From the NCBI GenBank assembly GCA_934096025.1, contig CAKOLP010000001.1, positions 1 to 34,631 of the forward strand: a stretch of DNA of 34,631 bases, read 5' to 3'. Under the pieces are notes generated by a model, which was not told the DNA's origin, made no database searches, and worked only from the letters and a program-made list of their open reading frames with translations. The position numbers were made by a program, and so were the translations under genes. The stretch is from an uncultured Bacilli bacterium (GTDB lineage: Bacteria; Bacillota_I; Bacilli_A; RF39; UBA660). Shown here one piece after another: positions 33,153 to 34,631 of this stretch (within the stretch, counting starts at the first letter, position 1; each line of letters begins with the position of its first letter).

Positions 33153-34624
33153 TAGCGCAACCTTATATAATTAAGTGGGTTTTGGAATGAATAACTTCCA
33201 TGGAATGGCCAACCTATTGATACTCCGAAGTGTAAGTGAACTCCGAATGCTAGACCTGATTCACCCATTTCTCCGATTTGAGCACCTTTAGTTACTTGGT
33301 CTCCCTCTTTTACAGTTGCTCGGTTTAAGTGGGCATATTGAGTATAAATGTTATTTTCATGTTGGATAATTACAAAGTTTCCATCGGTATTTCGGTAACT
33401 TACTTCCACTACTGTACCGTCAGCTACTGAATATATCGGCGATCTAAAGCCTGTACCAGATATATCGACACCAGAATGGAGTTTTTTACCACGCCAACCA
33501 AACGGACTTGTAAGCATGAATGGATAATTTGTTGGGTAGCCCCAGCCACTAACATTTACATAGTTTCCAGATATGTAACTTGGTCTAGTTTTTCTACCCA
33601 CAGTTACTTCTTGTTTAACCATTTCTCTGATTACTTCTTGATTTTTTATTGTTGCTTCATTAGAAGCTACACCATTTACAACATTATATGTAGCATGGAC
33701 TAAAGTTAAACCGTTTACCCCACTTTTAGTAATTTCAGAATAATCCGACGGCTTAGTATTATCTACGATTGTTTCACTACTAAATGGTGTTTCTATTTCA
33801 TTTATTTCATAAACATTATAACTTAAATTTAATAAAGGATTAATCAATGTAACATTTACGGTACTCCCCACTGTTAAAAGGGCCGTTTCTGATGAATACT
33901 TAGGATTAGCCACTAAAAATTCTTGAGTACTTATTTGGTTTTCTTCACTAATACTTGCGATACTATCCCCAGTTTTTACTACATAAGAATCCATTTTTGC
34001 ATCTGGGCCAAATAATAAATATTGACTTAGTGTATCAGAATCTGTAAATATATTTTCATCTACACTAATATAGCCCTCTTTTACTGTAATGGATTCTAAA
34101 AATTCCATGCTACTTATTATAGAACCTATTTCATTGATAGACCTATTACCCGCATTATATTTTGTTAATTGGTCATTGTTGATAAAAGATAAAACAAAGT
34201 TTTTTATTGCTGTATTAAATATTTCTTGATCTAGTACTTTTATATTTATTTCTTTTTTATCAGCGTCTTTAATAGTTATAATATAGCCTTTAACAGTAAA
34301 ATTGTTTAGATCTTCTATTTTTTTATAGATATTTTTGACATCAGTATAGTTGTTGTCATAACTTTTGGTCTTAATTATCTTTAAACCTGATGGGGGATAT
34401 ACATAACTAACATTGTATGTATCCTTGATTGTTTTTTGTTCATTATTTATTAAGTCATACAAATCATCTTTACTAGATATTTTTCCAATTTCTTCACCAT
34501 CTAAATAGACTTCATAAACATCAGTTGCCTCTATCTTATTAATTTCATATTTTTCATTTATAAAATATAAAACTACTATTAAAAGAGTAAGAATCGAAGA
34601 TACTATAATACTTTTTTTATTCAT
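33152..34624 (-). CDS. Anchored peptidoglycan endopeptidase: LysM + G5-like + M23 (LytM) domains
   Basis: An N-terminal TM helix is present. The LysM segment is YVVKTGDSIASISEENQISTQEFLVANP. The M23 motifs are HSGVDISG and GVHLHFGV. Confidence 0.85.
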   Translation of the reverse strand: MNKKSIIVSSILTLLIVVLYFINEKYEINKIEATDVYEVYLDGEEIGKISSKDDLYDLINNEQKTIKDTYNVSYVYPPSGLKIIKTKSYDNNYTDVKNIYKKIEDLNNFTVKGYIITIKDADKKEINIKVLDQEIFNTAIKNFVLSFINNDQLTKYNAGNRSINEIGSIISSMEFLESITVKEGYISVDENIFTDSDTLSQYLLFGPDAKMDSYVVKTGDSIASISEENQISTQEFLVANPKYSSETALLTVGSTVNVTLINPLLNLSYNVYEINEIETPFSSETIVDNTKPSDYSEITKSGVNGLTLVHATYNVVNGVASNEATIKNQEVIREMVKQEVTVGRKTRPSYISGNYVNVSGWGYPTNYPFMLTSPFGWRGKKLHSGVDISGTGFRSPIYSVADGTVVEVSYRNTDGNFVIIQHENNIYTQYAHLNRATVKEGDQVTKGAQIGEMGESGLAFGVHLHFGVSIGWPFHGSYSFQNPLNYIRLR

Positions 34625-34631
34625 TTTCTTC

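Overview
The window is very AT-rich, roughly 25-30% GC by eye, and looks like low-GC Firmicutes chromosome. Nearly all genes are on the minus strand. I saw no rRNA, tRNA or CRISPR array. All product calls come from reading the supplied translations by eye, with no searches run.

**Layout**
- **1-8960, housekeeping block:** partial transporter, a short Rel/SpoT homologue, Tag glycosylase, secreted nuclease, HTH protein, deoxyinosine/UDG-family glycosylase, VanY, Zn-ADH, MscS, DedA and a rhodanese.
- **9014-20232, Gram-positive type IV secretion / conjugation operon:** it has its own sigma-A-type promoter and rho-independent terminator. It encodes a VirB2-like protein, a VirB6-like protein, a PrgI/VirB3-like protein, a VirB4 split into two ORFs, a multidomain cell-wall hydrolase, an anchored unknown protein and a VirD4 coupling protein. 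No relaxase, integrase or replication gene is visible.
- **20273-22752:** two tandem FemAB-family genes.
- **22872-30323, accessory surface or spore-surface block:** two paralogous anchored proteins, LemA, and three collagen-like (G-X-Y) genes of BclA type.
- **30485-34624, housekeeping:** ung, MYG1-family, rlmH, YycJ-like MBL and a LysM/M23 peptidase.

**Most interesting observation:** the third collagen-like gene is split (26560-26817 and 29727-30323) by a compact 2,909-bp element.
- The element carries only a 672-aa large serine recombinase, a divergent 140-aa ORF and a 442-bp control region.
- It is bounded by 17-bp terminal inverted repeats around a shared TCGA.
- Excision at that core would rejoin the gene exactly in frame.
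- This matches the architecture of mother-cell-specific intervening elements such as skin/SpoIVCA and SPbeta/SprA, here in miniature and in an exosporium-type collagen gene.

**Secondary observations**
- The T4SS is apparently orphaned, with no relaxase.
- VirB4 is split into two ORFs.
- The Rel homologue is truncated and its synthetase motifs look degenerate.
- A 23-bp x4 tandem repeat re-copies the 3' end of tag.
- A 120-bp module is conserved at the 5' ends of two otherwise divergent paralogues.
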